In this document: positions 8,948 through 18,758 of the stretch, one piece after another
Position numbering within the stretch: the first letter of the stretch is position 1
Layout of the letters: each line of letters begins with the position of its first letter
Assembly (NCBI GenBank): GCA_050293845.1
Contig: JBNKNM010000037.1
Span: 1 to 36,125 of the forward strand
From: Pseudobacteriovorax sp.
GTDB taxonomy: Bacteria > Bdellovibrionota_B > Oligoflexia > Oligoflexales > Oligoflexaceae
DNA: 36,125 nt
Direction: 5' to 3'
Notes under the pieces: generated by a model
The model's input: only the letters and a program-made list of their open reading frames with translations
What the model was told of the DNA's origin: nothing
The model's database searches: none
Position numbers and translations under genes: made by a program

Positions 8948-10114
8948 CTAGGAAGCCTTTTGATCAGTCCTCTTTTTAGCTAAATGCCGTTTTTGTTCTA
9001 TGGCTTTGTCATAGTTAGAGTTGTATTTTAAAGCTCTATCAATCATACTTTCCGCTTTTGAAAAATTCTGAGCTTTTTTGTAGGCTAAACCTAAGTTTGT
9101 ATAAACAACTGCCTTAAGGTTATTAGTCTTAAGGGCTTTAAGAGCCGTTTTATAAAGATTAATAGCCTCATCATAGCGTTGATTTTTCACGGAAAATATT
9201 GCAGCATTATTGAAATAACCAGCCGCTTCTTCTTCTGATGCACTCTGCTTAAATAATTCTAATGCTTCTTCAACGTGCCCCTGCGCTAGCTTAATTTTTC
9301 CGATTCCGCAATTAGCTTGATCTTCATGCATCGAACCAGAGTCATGAGCGTCTTGATAATAACCCATGGCTTTATCCAAATCTCCTGACCCATAAAACGC
9401 ATCGCCTAACATTAACAGTCTCTCCCCACTCAGAGGGCTGAGAGTATTTGCCGATTCGAGCAGTCGTTGGGCCTCTTCCCACCTCTGAGTCTTCATCATC
9501 ACCCGTGACAACAAGTTATTGGCACGCATGTTATTGGGGTCTTTATTCATCAAGTCCAACGCAATGTCTTCTGCTTTATTATACCTGCTTTGTCGCATCA
9601 TTAAATTTCCATATTCCAACTGCACACTTTGATCATGACCAAATTTCTGATAGGCTTTTTCCACTTCTTGGTCAACTTTTTCTTGAGTATATTCAACATC
9701 ACCAGTGGCGATGTCTCTCATTAGCTTGCGGAAGCTATTAGACTTTAGGCCGCTGCGAACCATATCAATTGCTGTTGCTAGATTTATAGTGGCTTCAGCT
9801 GTGCTAACAATCTTATGAATCCCAGCATCACTTGCAAATGCGATCATAGAAGGTATTATCTGCTCAACAACCAGAATTCTAATAATTCCAGAATGTGAAT
9901 TTGGCCATGAATGATGCATTCGCTTAGCCTGAGTAGGATCTGTAGCTGACCATTCGTGTATCAATACAGAAGACCCGAAGCTAGCAAGAGCTGGGAAAAC
10001 ATCTTGAAGTGAACTAACAAAGTCGACATGATAGTCCATCATCACCAGAGATTTCTTCAAGTTTTGCCGGTTAAAGTTCTGGGGTGCTAAGAAAAGTATT
10101 TTTTTGTCGTTCAA
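8948..10114 (-). CDS. Tetratricopeptide-repeat protein with degenerate N-terminal receiver-like domain
   Basis: Several TPR-like repeats (LGDAFYGSGDLDKAMGYY; VYTNLGLAYKKAQNFSKA). The N-terminal alpha/beta pattern is receiver-like. TTG start with GAGGA RBS. Confidence 0.8.
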   Translation of the reverse strand: MNDKKILFLAPQNFNRQNLKKSLVMMDYHVDFVSSLQDVFPALASFGSSVLIHEWSATDPTQAKRMHHSWPNSHSGIIRILVVEQIIPSMIAFASDAGIHKIVSTAEATINLATAIDMVRSGLKSNSFRKLMRDIATGDVEYTQEKVDQEVEKAYQKFGHDQSVQLEYGNLMMRQSRYNKAEDIALDLMNKDPNNMRANNLLSRVMMKTQRWEEAQRLLESANTLSPLSGERLLMLGDAFYGSGDLDKAMGYYQDAHDSGSMHEDQANCGIGKIKLAQGHVEEALELFKQSASEEEAAGYFNNAAIFSVKNQRYDEAINLYKTALKALKTNNLKAVVYTNLGLAYKKAQNFSKAESMIDRALKYNSNYDKAIEQKRHLAKKRTDQKAS

Positions 10115-10330
10115 TTCAATTCCTCTTAATGCTAACTACCCTGGATGCAATGAAGTGCATTGTCCGCATCCATTTGCATTCCATGATATCAAGGCTTTTG
10201 GGGAAATTTTCAAGCTGAACTTTTAGATCCCTGTAAATCCATTATATACCCCAAGCCTCAGGTTTTCACCCCGGTTAAGAAATTTATCCTCATCATTGGG
10301 CATGTTATTTTAGAAAAAAACAAGATCTGA

Positions 10331-11338
10331 CTAACGAAAATATTTATCATAGACATCAAGATCCTTTAAATCTTCATAACTTGCCTTTGACTTCTTCGCC
10401 TTTGGGGCAATATCGAAGGCTTTTTTAGTGCTGATAGCCTGTATAAGCTCAGAAGAATTCATCTCATTTGGGGGAATTTTACGAATGATCTCGTATAGCT
10501 CTGGATCTTCACCTTTGATATCCAGTTTTAAATTTTCAATAGCCCTCCGTTCCAATTCTAGCAACTCTGCCGCTAGCTTGGGATCAGTGCTTGTTTCTTC
10601 GATAATGTCCTCTTTCTTAATAATTGTATCCCTAAAAATTTCAGCAACCTTTTGCTTCGTGGTTGGTTTCACCATAAGGACCTTTTTTTGCCGACTAGAG
10701 CTTTTGTCATCAGTATCTTCAGGAAGTCCTGCACTCTCTGTTACTGACGGCACCTCTACGCTAAACCCTGCAGGTACTATTACAGACTTTTTTTGTTTAC
10801 GCCCCCGAGGCATCACCGATACCTTACCCCGTATGACTGAAATTTCTGAGGCCCCTGATTTCCCTCTTGCCGTAACGTAAAAATCGGTTCCTCGCACTCC
10901 CATTACCATAGAAGATGATCTCACCTTCATACCAGCACGATCCCCTCCTTTTAAAATGAGGCCTCTAATCTTTCCAAAGAGCATATCAAAAATTGGTTTT
11001 TTTATGCCTGACTCTCCTTCTAGCTTAACTTCGTAAGAGGTATTTGCGGATAGAGTGATTTGGTCGCCATTTTGATAGATTAATTTCACCTTAGATCTAT
11101 CACCTGTTTGAATTCGTTCATAAGGCTTAAGTTTGCTACCTTTTTTCGGTTTTCTTACCTGGTAGTATATATCATTAAATTTTGCAAACGGTCCCTTCCC
11201 TGTCTTAGTTTTTGCCGGATTCACAAATAAATGCACCTTACCATAGTACTTTACGATGCGAGCTGTATGGCGTTTTTCAGCGGATACAGCCAAGGTAGCT
11301 AAATGAACAAGAAATAATATAAGGCCGTATTTTTTCAC
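10331..11338 (-). CDS. Exported FecR-domain protein
   Basis: Signal peptide; IQTGDRSKVKL...ITLSANT...GKIR...VMGVRGTDFYV...SVIRGKVSV FecR pattern; GTG start with GGAG-poor upstream region. Confidence 0.85.
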   Translation of the reverse strand: MKKYGLILFLVHLATLAVSAEKRHTARIVKYYGKVHLFVNPAKTKTGKGPFAKFNDIYYQVRKPKKGSKLKPYERIQTGDRSKVKLIYQNGDQITLSANTSYEVKLEGESGIKKPIFDMLFGKIRGLILKGGDRAGMKVRSSSMVMGVRGTDFYVTARGKSGASEISVIRGKVSVMPRGRKQKKSVIVPAGFSVEVPSVTESAGLPEDTDDKSSSRQKKVLMVKPTTKQKVAEIFRDTIIKKEDIIEETSTDPKLAAELLELERRAIENLKLDIKGEDPELYEIIRKIPPNEMNSSELIQAISTKKAFDIAPKAKKSKASYEDLKDLDVYDKYFR

Positions 11339-11465
11339 TCTTGGAGTCCCTTTTTATTATATTTCAATACAAAGCAGAAATTATCTGCTAAACTTAAAAG
11401 GAATTTATGGTTATTGAACTTCACTATCAGTTTTAGTTTAGCCCATTTTTACTTAGGATGGAAAA

Positions 11466-12188
11466 GTGAATTGGGAGGATCTTTTGTACTCTTTGTTAAT
11501 AGCTGCCTTTCTTATTTCTACTGTATCTATGGCAGAAATAAAATATGAATATCCAGAACTGCTAGTTTCACCTCAAGCATCAGCAAGTTTGAAGCGATTT
11601 GCTAAGGAGGAAAAAGAGGAAGCTTGGACCATACATATTTGGTCGCAATTTCCTGCCGTCATCAATCTCTGGTCAGGTTTTCGCGCATTTTCTGAAAAAC
11701 ATGCAGATCCAGACAAAGAACAACAAATTCACAATGCTGGCCTGGCCAGTGCCTCCCTCAGTGGTGGTTGGTTGGCATTAACTGTGGGACTATCCCAAGC
11801 ATACTCACCTTACAAAAAAGATTACCTTAAGATTCGGAAGCTGCCCGATAAAACTAAACGACAGCAGCTTGTTAAGGAACGATTAGCTGAAGAAGCTCTG
11901 TATAGCGCCTACAGTTTCGGTCTTAAGTTAAAGTATGCAGGAGCTATCATTAATTTTGCAGCTGCCATGGCTGTAGCTGGGAATAGTGAGGATGATATTA
12001 CTGGAGTTCAAGCTGGTGTCGCTGCTCTAAGCTCCTTTTTGCCAATTCTATTCCCCTACACTTGGATCGGCAATTACAAGCAGCACCAAACCTATAAGAA
12101 AAGAATCTATGGGCCTATTACCCAGCTAATTCCCACCATAAGAAATGATGGTCTTGGAACCCAGCTTAGTCTGACATGGTCGTTTTGA
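11466..12188 (+). CDS. Hypothetical exported/membrane protein
   Basis: 240-aa ORF with signal peptide, hydrophobic helical hairpins and a C-terminal LSLTWSF ending in an aromatic residue. Confidence 0.75.
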   Translation: MNWEDLLYSLLIAAFLISTVSMAEIKYEYPELLVSPQASASLKRFAKEEKEEAWTIHIWSQFPAVINLWSGFRAFSEKHADPDKEQQIHNAGLASASLSGGWLALTVGLSQAYSPYKKDYLKIRKLPDKTKRQQLVKERLAEEALYSAYSFGLKLKYAGAIINFAAAMAVAGNSEDDITGVQAGVAALSSFLPILFPYTWIGNYKQHQTYKKRIYGPITQLIPTIRNDGLGTQLSLTWSF

Positions 12189-13020
12189 TATTGTTTTGAA
12201 AGTGTTGAGCTGTAAATTTTGCCATGGCACGTGCTTTGTCTATGGCTTGATCTCGTGTTAAAGGTTGAACAGATCTACCTACCAAGAATTTATAAAGATC
12301 TAAAAACTCTTCGATAGAATAGGGGGAGATGGCTATCAGCTCCTTTAAAATACCAAGAGCTTGATAAGTGGCTATTTGCGGACCATCAGCAAGCTTGGTT
12401 AGAAACTTAAACCCTGAAATGAAAGGCTTTGCCACTCCATCTTTTAGCTCTAATTTATATTCTGACTCTCTAGCAACACCATGATCTAACAAATAAACAA
12501 CCAACCCCGCACAACTTGGCCTATCTACAGCCAGTCCCTCCTCACTGACACAATAACGACTCAAGCGATAAAAATCATCGTCGATCCAGCTGGGAGAATG
12601 GGTGGCATCAAGCACTAACTTTTTGGCAATTTGAGTTGCCGAATATACATCTAAGTCAAGAATATCTTTTGCATAAGCACTTTTGAAAACAGTGAGGAAA
12701 GCTCTCCCCTTTGCAGCTGTGCTTTGAGCCACTTCCAATGCCAAGGATAGTGCCGATTTGGAATCTAACTCAGCCTTCTGTAATACTTCAAAACTGGTTA
12801 TAAAGCGTTTTGCAGCCCCTGAGCACCCTTTAGCTATCTCTTCTGCTATGCTGATAAGATAGTTTTTTGCAAGCTTTAGCGCGCTTTTGCTGGTCAGATA
12901 ATTGAAAGCGGTTATATATTCACGAGCGACGGTACAGTCGATCGCTGCAGGCTCTGAATTTTCAGCCATCGCTGGGAATGTCCCTAAAACGAGAACACTG
13001 TATAAAATCATTCTCTTCAT
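12166..13020 (-). CDS. Hypothetical secreted alpha-helical repeat protein
   Basis: Start re-placed at ATG 13020 (AGGTG RBS, signal peptide MKRMILYSVLVLGTFPAMA). About six repeats of 35-40 aa and paired Cys residues. Confidence 0.75.
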   Translation of the reverse strand: MKRMILYSVLVLGTFPAMAENSEPAAIDCTVAREYITAFNYLTSKSALKLAKNYLISIAEEIAKGCSGAAKRFITSFEVLQKAELDSKSALSLALEVAQSTAAKGRAFLTVFKSAYAKDILDLDVYSATQIAKKLVLDATHSPSWIDDDFYRLSRYCVSEEGLAVDRPSCAGLVVYLLDHGVARESEYKLELKDGVAKPFISGFKFLTKLADGPQIATYQALGILKELIAISPYSIEEFLDLYKFLVGRSVQPLTRDQAIDKARAMAKFTAQHFQNNIKTTMSD

Positions 13021-13200
13021 CGATTTGCACCTGAATATTTTAACCTGTTTTTTGATGATCGACAGCCAAAAACATGTCTTACAGGCATATATTGCCTGCC
13101 AGTTTTGCCGTGTTCTCATCCGATTTACAAATTAATTGGGAATTCTAGACACACGCTGGTAGGATTCGACCGTCATTGATCCACTTACAAAGAGGGAATT

Positions 13201-14385
13201 ATGGACCAAAACTTTCTCGAACATCTGCAGCATGAAACTCAGAATTTGATCAGTGCGGGACTATTCAAAAAGGAACGGATTATTACTTCACCCCAAGAAG
13301 CCAAAATCACTTCTGAAGGAAAGTCTGTTATTAACCTCTGTGCTAATAATTACTTGGGACTAGCCAACCATCCGCGACTTATCGAATGTGCGCAGAAAGC
13401 CCTCCATAAATACGGTTTTGGGATGTCTTCTGTCCGTTTTATTTGTGGAACCCTAGATATTCATAAAGAGCTGGAAGAAAAAATTTCCAGGTTTCTAGGT
13501 ATGGAAGACACTATCCTCTATAGCAGCTGCTTCGATGCAAATGGAGGGCTATTTGAAACTCTTCTTGGTCCGGAAGATGCCATCATTTCCGATAGCCTTA
13601 ATCACGCTTCAATCATCGATGGGGTTCGCTTGTCCAAAGCAAAGCGATTTCGCTACCGTAATAATGATATGAACGACCTAGAGCAAAAGTTGCAGGAAGC
13701 TGAAGGTAGCCGTTTCAAATTGATTGCCACCGATGGTGTATTTTCCATGGATGGATTTATAGCAAACCTAAAAGCTATCTGTGATCTCGCTGATAAATAC
13801 AATGCCATGGTCATGGTTGACGATTCTCATGCCGTCGGTTTTATAGGAAATAACGGTAAGGGTACTCATGAGTATTGCAATGTTTTAAACCGTATAGACA
13901 TTATCACTGGAACTCTAGGAAAGGCACTTGGAGGTGCATCAGGAGGCTACACAGCAGCCCGTAAGGAAATCATTACTTGGTTAAGACAGAGGTCCCGCCC
14001 CTACTTATTCTCAAATACGCTAACTCCAGTCATTACTGCTACTTCTATCGAAGTATTAACCATGTTAGAGGAAGGCTCCGACCTACGGCAGCGATTGACG
14101 GAAAACAGCAAGCTTTTCCGCGATGAAATGACCAAATTGGGATTCAAGCTGCTACCTGGGGAGCACCCTATCATTCCTGTGATGCTGGGTGATGCAAAAA
14201 CAGCTTCTGATATGGCTGATGCCCTGGTCAAAGAAGGAGTCTATGTTATTGGCTTTTCGTTTCCCGTTGTTCCTAAAGGGGAAGCCCGCATTAGAACACA
14301 GATGAGTGCAGCCCACAGTAAAGAAGATTTAAAACAAGCTATAGCTGCATTTGCCAAAGTTGGTAAAGCCATGGGAATTATCTAA
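13201..14385 (+). CDS. kbl: Glycine C-acetyltransferase (2-amino-3-ketobutyrate CoA ligase)
   Basis: [45 protein letters not shown] (PLP lysine), [21 protein letters not shown]; adjacent to tdh. Confidence 0.98.
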   Translation: MDQNFLEHLQHETQNLISAGLFKKERIITSPQEAKITSEGKSVINLCANNYLGLANHPRLIECAQKALHKYGFGMSSVRFICGTLDIHKELEEKISRFLGMEDTILYSSCFDANGGLFETLLGPEDAIISDSLNHASIIDGVRLSKAKRFRYRNNDMNDLEQKLQEAEGSRFKLIATDGVFSMDGFIANLKAICDLADKYNAMVMVDDSHAVGFIGNNGKGTHEYCNVLNRIDIITGTLGKALGGASGGYTAARKEIITWLRQRSRPYLFSNTLTPVITATSIEVLTMLEEGSDLRQRLTENSKLFRDEMTKLGFKLLPGEHPIIPVMLGDAKTASDMADALVKEGVYVIGFSFPVVPKGEARIRTQMSAAHSKEDLKQAIAAFAKVGKAMGII

Positions 14386-14398
14386 AGGATTATAAAGT

Positions 14399-15436
14399 AT
14401 GACTCAAATTATGAAAGCCCTGGTAAAACGCTATAAAAAGCCAGGCCTTTGGTTAGAAGAGGTTCCTCATCCACAAATGGGTCCCAATGATTTGCTCATT
14501 AAGATAAATAAAACAGCTATTTGCGGTACGGACCTTCACATTTATAACTGGGATACCTGGAGTCAGAAAACAATCCCCGTGCCTATGGTTACAGGTCATG
14601 AGTTTTGTGGAGAGATCTCTAAGGTAGGTGAACATGTAAAAGGTTTCCATAAAGGAGATCGCGTTTCCGGAGAAGGGCACATCACCTGCGGTCATTGTAG
14701 AAATTGTCGTGCGGGAACTAGACACCTTTGTCGAAACACCATTGGAGTTGGTGTCAATCGTCAGGGATGTTTTGCAGAATATTTGGTGATTCCTGCCATG
14801 AATGCATTTAAGATTCCTGACGATATTTCCGACGAAATCGCTTCTATTTTTGATCCTTACGGAAATGCTGTTCATACAGCCCTTTCCTTTGATCTTGTTG
14901 GAGAAGATGTCTTAATTACCGGTGCTGGCCCTATTGGTTCCATGGCTGCTGCTGTAGCCAGGCATGCAGGAGCTAGGCATATCGTCATCACAGATATCAA
15001 TGATTATCGCCTTGATTTGGCTAAAAAATTGGGGGCCACCCGTACTGTTAATGTTTTGAAGGAAAGCTTGCGCGATGTAATGCGCGAGTTGAAAATGGAT
15101 GAAGGTTTCGATGTCGGGCTAGAAATGTCTGGTAATGCACAAGCTTTTAACAGCATGCTGGAAGTTATGAATCATGGCAGCAAGGTTGCATTATTGGGAA
15201 TCTTTCCAGACAATGTGGCTATTGACTGGAGCCTCATTGTCTTTAAGGGGCTGCTATTGAAAGGTATTTACGGTCGCGAAATGTTTGAAACCTGGTATAA
15301 AATGACTTCGATGCTACAAAGTGGCCTTGATATTTCGTCCATTATCACCCATCGCATACCCCTCCAAGACTTTCAAAAAGGTTTTGACATCATGAATGAG
15401 GGAAAGTCCGGAAAAGTCATACTGGACTGGAATTAA
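14399..15436 (+). CDS. tdh: L-threonine 3-dehydrogenase
   Basis: [27 protein letters not shown] zinc site, [26 protein letters not shown]. Confidence 0.98.
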   Translation: MTQIMKALVKRYKKPGLWLEEVPHPQMGPNDLLIKINKTAICGTDLHIYNWDTWSQKTIPVPMVTGHEFCGEISKVGEHVKGFHKGDRVSGEGHITCGHCRNCRAGTRHLCRNTIGVGVNRQGCFAEYLVIPAMNAFKIPDDISDEIASIFDPYGNAVHTALSFDLVGEDVLITGAGPIGSMAAAVARHAGARHIVITDINDYRLDLAKKLGATRTVNVLKESLRDVMRELKMDEGFDVGLEMSGNAQAFNSMLEVMNHGSKVALLGIFPDNVAIDWSLIVFKGLLLKGIYGREMFETWYKMTSMLQSGLDISSIITHRIPLQDFQKGFDIMNEGKSGKVILDWN

Positions 15437-15443
15437 AGTCATT

Positions 15444-15469
15444 TTAAGAACCTGAGTTCAGGTTCTTAA
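15444..15469. terminator. Hairpin between convergent tdh and DUF374 genes
   Basis: TTAAGAACCTGA-GT-TCAGGTTCTTAA, a 12-bp perfect inverted repeat just after the tdh stop. Confidence 0.65.
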
Positions 15470-15506
15470 TCCGAAATTTTCACTGGATTCGGAACAAGAG
15501 CTCTCT

Positions 15507-16196
15507 TCATACCCCTCTGATTGCTGATTCAGCAGTCACTGACATCCCAAGTTGTTTGTGGGCAAGTTCATCAATAACCTTTAGCTTTTCAGCTACTAGT
15601 TCTTTTTGGGCTTCCCAAGCTCTTGCATCCATATCTTTCGAAAGTAAATAGGGATCTCCATAGTAAATAATAACCCGTGAAAACGGCTTAGGCACCCTAA
15701 ATTTATCCCAAGATCTTAAGCTCCAGTAGCGATCGCCAATAGCTGCTAGCGGCAGTATTGGCGTCCCTGTATGGCATGCAATGGAAATAATGCCACTTTT
15801 AACTTGATGTACGGGCCCTCTGGGACCATCAACTGTGATGGCTGCCCCTTCTCCCGACCGGACTTTCCGAATCATGCTTTTTAAGGCCTCTTTGCCACCC
15901 CGAGAACTGCTGCCTCGGACGCTGCCAATCCCCAATTTTTTTCCCACATAAGCAATGATTTCACCATCAAACGAACGACTGACAAGAATATTCAGCCGTT
16001 TATTCTCATGGGATAGTACCCCAGCAAAACAATTCTGGTGCCAGCTTGCAATTGCATAGCCTTCACCATGCCCCATTTCCATAGCTTCCCTGAGCTTTTC
16101 AGGGTTATGGTGAATATAACGGTAACTTTTATGGAGCAACCAGCAAATGAAATAGGCCAACCAGCAGGAAGCCCGACGCTTTAGTGTCTTGATCAA
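15507..16196 (-). CDS. Lysophospholipid acyltransferase family protein (DUF374)
   Basis: WHQ, LVSRSFDGE, RGSSSRGG, ITVDGPRGP, SWDKFRVPKPF. The start codon is uncertain. Confidence 0.92.
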   Translation of the reverse strand: MIKTLKRRASCWLAYFICWLLHKSYRYIHHNPEKLREAMEMGHGEGYAIASWHQNCFAGVLSHENKRLNILVSRSFDGEIIAYVGKKLGIGSVRGSSSRGGKEALKSMIRKVRSGEGAAITVDGPRGPVHQVKSGIISIACHTGTPILPLAAIGDRYWSLRSWDKFRVPKPFSRVIIYYGDPYLLSKDMDARAWEAQKELVAEKLKVIDELAHKQLGMSVTAESAIRGV

Positions 16197-16511
16197 AATA
16201 TCCTCACACTGAGAGAGTTCAAATAGACTATGATTTTAACCCTGGACCAAGCTAGCAGGGTGTAACATGAAGGACAATGAAGAACAACCTGGATCGGAAA
16301 AATTGAAAAATAAGTTAATCATTTTAAGGAATGCGAAAAAGCTTCAGGTGCCAGATATGACGACCTTACTAAACAGCAGCGTACCAAGGTAGGTGAGGAT
16401 TTCGGAAGGTTGGCATAACGCAGCAAACGAACTTTTCGGATTCCGGGAACAATCATTTTAGTTTGGGTCTATGCAGTGCCTTTTTTACTTACTGTAACCC
16501 TAGCCCCTAAG

Positions 16512-16539
16512 CTGTCACTAAAATGTCACAGATGAGTCA
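16512..16539 (+). promoter_or_regulatory. Pho-box-like (PhoB/OmpR family) direct repeat
   Basis: CTGTCACTAAAATGTCAC matches 15/18 of CTGTCATAAAACTGTCAC. GTCA recurs at 16514, 16525 and 16536 (11-bp period). Confidence 0.5.
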
Positions 16540-16591
16540 AGGATAACATGCAAAAACAAACTTAAAACTAAACTATATTAGATAGTTACCT

Positions 16592-16608
16592 TAGGTACAC
16601 TGATTGCT
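16592..16608 (+). promoter_or_regulatory. Putative sigma54 (-24/-12) promoter
   Basis: TAGGTACACTGATTGCT = GG-N10-GC, about 35 bp upstream of ATG 16643, with an IHF-like site TATTAGATAGTTA just upstream. Confidence 0.55.
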
Positions 16609-16642
16609 CTTATTGTAACTGAATAATTGCAAGAGGTTTACG

Positions 16643-17065
16643 ATGAAACATATATTCTTTTTTACTCCTATGATAATTGTCTCCATGATTACCCAATCTT
16701 GCGGTGTAGCCATCAGTAGCAGCAGTCATGAAGTTGTCTATGATGACTTTATAAGCTATGAAATTTACGAGGAGTCTCCTAGTGGAAGGCTTACATTCAT
16801 CTTCAGCGATTGCATCAATTTAGATGACCCCTACGATGCTTCAGGATCAGTACATATAGATACCCCCTATATAGGAGAAGATCTGTACATTTCGTGGGAA
16901 AATCGCCGTGGTGCATTTAATTTATTTTTTGAAAGTGGATTTAGCGTGATTCACTCAACTTCATTTTCCACTGATTATTTTCGCAACGGCAATGAAGTCG
17001 ATTTCCAGATAGAAACAGATTTCAGTGAATACAGAGTCGAGTTCTCCGGCCCTTTTTGCAATTAG
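16643..17065 (+). CDS. Hypothetical lipoprotein
   Basis: GAGG RBS, lipobox-like TQS-C, acidic beta-rich 140-aa protein, followed by a terminator. Confidence 0.8.
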   Translation: MKHIFFFTPMIIVSMITQSCGVAISSSSHEVVYDDFISYEIYEESPSGRLTFIFSDCINLDDPYDASGSVHIDTPYIGEDLYISWENRRGAFNLFFESGFSVIHSTSFSTDYFRNGNEVDFQIETDFSEYRVEFSGPFCN

Positions 17066-17089
17066 TCTCCTTGCTCTTACCTCCTACTG

Positions 17090-17120
17090 GATACCGCAAA
17101 TGGTTTTGCGGTATCTTTTT
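17090..17120 (+). terminator. Rho-independent terminator
   Basis: GATACCGCAAA-TGGT-TTTGCGGTATC followed by TTTTT. Confidence 0.85.
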
Positions 17121-17273
17121 ATACGATCCGCCAACGCCTCCGCTAACATGAACATCTTTTGCCACAATAATGCCGAGCATTGAAAACTTCATTCTGGAAA
17201 AGAACTAGACTACTTAAACTGCGAAAGCATTTGGTCTCTTCGTGGGAGAGCCTCAGTTTCCAAAAGCCTTTAT

Positions 17274-17294
17274 TGATAATAATTATTATTATCA
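17274..17294. promoter_or_regulatory. Fur-family box
   Basis: TGATAATAAT-T-ATTATTATCA, a perfect 10-1-10 palindrome. Its core matches 16/19 of GATAATGATAATCATTATC. Confidence 0.65.
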
Positions 17295-17419
17295 TAATAT
17301 TTATTTAAATCAAGCCCTTCCTGTAATCCTGGATGTTAAAAATAGCCTCTCGACTATATTGGCTATTTTTCCCCTAACATTGGCGGGTCTTAATCCGACA
17401 GAGTTCTGAGGAGGTCGTT

Positions 17420-17614
17420 ATGGGAAGCTTTGATTCACAACAAAGAGAGCAATTTAATATTATCGTCGATTCCTACTTGAATTACGTGGCTCTTTACAAA
17501 TTAGTAAACAACGGCTCCACCACAGGAATCACACCTTTTGATGTGTTCTACTGGAGGTTTACTTATTTTGTAAGGTATCAAGACCCGGAGAGAATTTCAG
17601 CTCTAGGCTACTAG
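17420..17614 (+). CDS. Small hypothetical protein (64 aa)
   Basis: Strong RBS GAGGAGG 4 nt before the ATG; aromatic-rich, protein-like sequence; no competing ORF. Confidence 0.75.
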   Translation: MGSFDSQQREQFNIIVDSYLNYVALYKLVNNGSTTGITPFDVFYWRFTYFVRYQDPERISALGY

Positions 17615-18023
17615 AACTTGCAAGGTATGAACTGTGGGCATCACAATTCATACTCTAATGGATCTCTATCACCAGAATTAAAGGAGAAGAATTGAGCTTT
17701 TAGAAGATCGTATACTGACTTTTCAGATCCCGGTTACAAATCGGGATGTACCTTGTCAACTGGCCACTTAAAGTAGTCATTTTTCCTATTTGTCTGCAAA
17801 AGATTTTGCAACAACTTCTCTTCAAGAGATAAACTATCCGATTTGACTCCCAGCCACCGTTTAATGATCCGCAGTAAATTCATACTCCACTTCCTTATTT
17901 TCTAAAAAGGACGTGAATAATAACTAAAGCCATGAATTGTGACAAGCCCCAAGGTTAGCGAGCTTGATCAATAGTGATCTAGGACGCTAAAATGAAGACA
18001 TAACCAGAATGAGGAGTTCCTAA

Positions 18024-18554
18024 ATGAGTAAAATTATTGCCATAAGTATAAGCCTGTTTTTAACCATCTCTTGCACTAAAAAGAATAAGACTCCGGCTCC
18101 CTCAAGCCCAGCAACTCCCAGTAATCCACAGCTCCCCATGGACAGTGTTCACCAATCAACGAAATATAATGCAACCGAGGATGGAGCTATGTTTGAGAAA
18201 GAGCGGTTATCACCCATGGATAAAATGAAAATGAAAGAAATAGTTAACGAGAAAGAAAAATATCAATCACTACCCTTTGATAAGCCTAAAGCCATGGCAG
18301 TTTTTCTTGCCAACTGCTCTCGATGTCACGGTAATGATGGTAAGGGTAACGGGCCTGAGGCTAATGACCTTCCGATTGCTCCCACGAATCTGAAAGAATG
18401 GGACCTAAAATTTGGCAGCAGCCTACCTGATTTAGTCTATACGGTCAGCTACGGACGCAGTGATAACGAGATGCCGCGATTTAGAACGACCCTCTCGAAA
18501 GATCAGATTTGGCTTGTAGCTCGTTTAGTTGAGTCTTGGATTGCTGCGAAATAG
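18024..18554 (+). CDS. Class I monoheme cytochrome c lipoprotein
   Basis: GAGGAG RBS; lipobox TIS-C; NCSRCHGNDGKGNGP...PTNL...MPRF (distal Met). Confidence 0.92.
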   Translation: MSKIIAISISLFLTISCTKKNKTPAPSSPATPSNPQLPMDSVHQSTKYNATEDGAMFEKERLSPMDKMKMKEIVNEKEKYQSLPFDKPKAMAVFLANCSRCHGNDGKGNGPEANDLPIAPTNLKEWDLKFGSSLPDLVYTVSYGRSDNEMPRFRTTLSKDQIWLVARLVESWIAAK

Positions 18555-18585
18555 CTCGCCTTGCATCATAAAAATCATGCAATAG

Positions 18586-18608
18586 TTGAGACCTGTCCAC
18601 GGTCTCAA
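18586..18608 (+). terminator. Possible terminator hairpin
   Basis: TTGAGACC-N7-GGTCTCAA about 30 bp after the cytochrome stop; weak U tail. Confidence 0.4.
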
Positions 18609-18758
18609 TCATTTACTTCATACTCACCCACCCTGACTGAGTCAGTCTTTGAGACGTAAAGACCCTCCTGGCAATTGTCAGTTTTTGACCTATACCAGTA
18701 TTGACAAGTTAGTGCGTTCATGGTTCCCTGCGTCCATTGCAATCTTAGGAGTATATAT

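Noticed and set aside
13155..13172. GGTAGGATTCGACC, resembling a reverse tRNA T-loop
   Set aside because: No cloverleaf or acceptor stem around it.
13201..15436. kbl-tdh operon as a finding
   Set aside because: Ordinary, well-known threonine catabolism.
16267..16392. 41-aa ORF and neighbouring broken frames
   Set aside because: Short, interrupted and without homology that I can recognise.
18561..18665. Cluster of small hairpins as a riboswitch or ncRNA
   Set aside because: Short independent stems with no known motif; only one was kept as a weak terminator.
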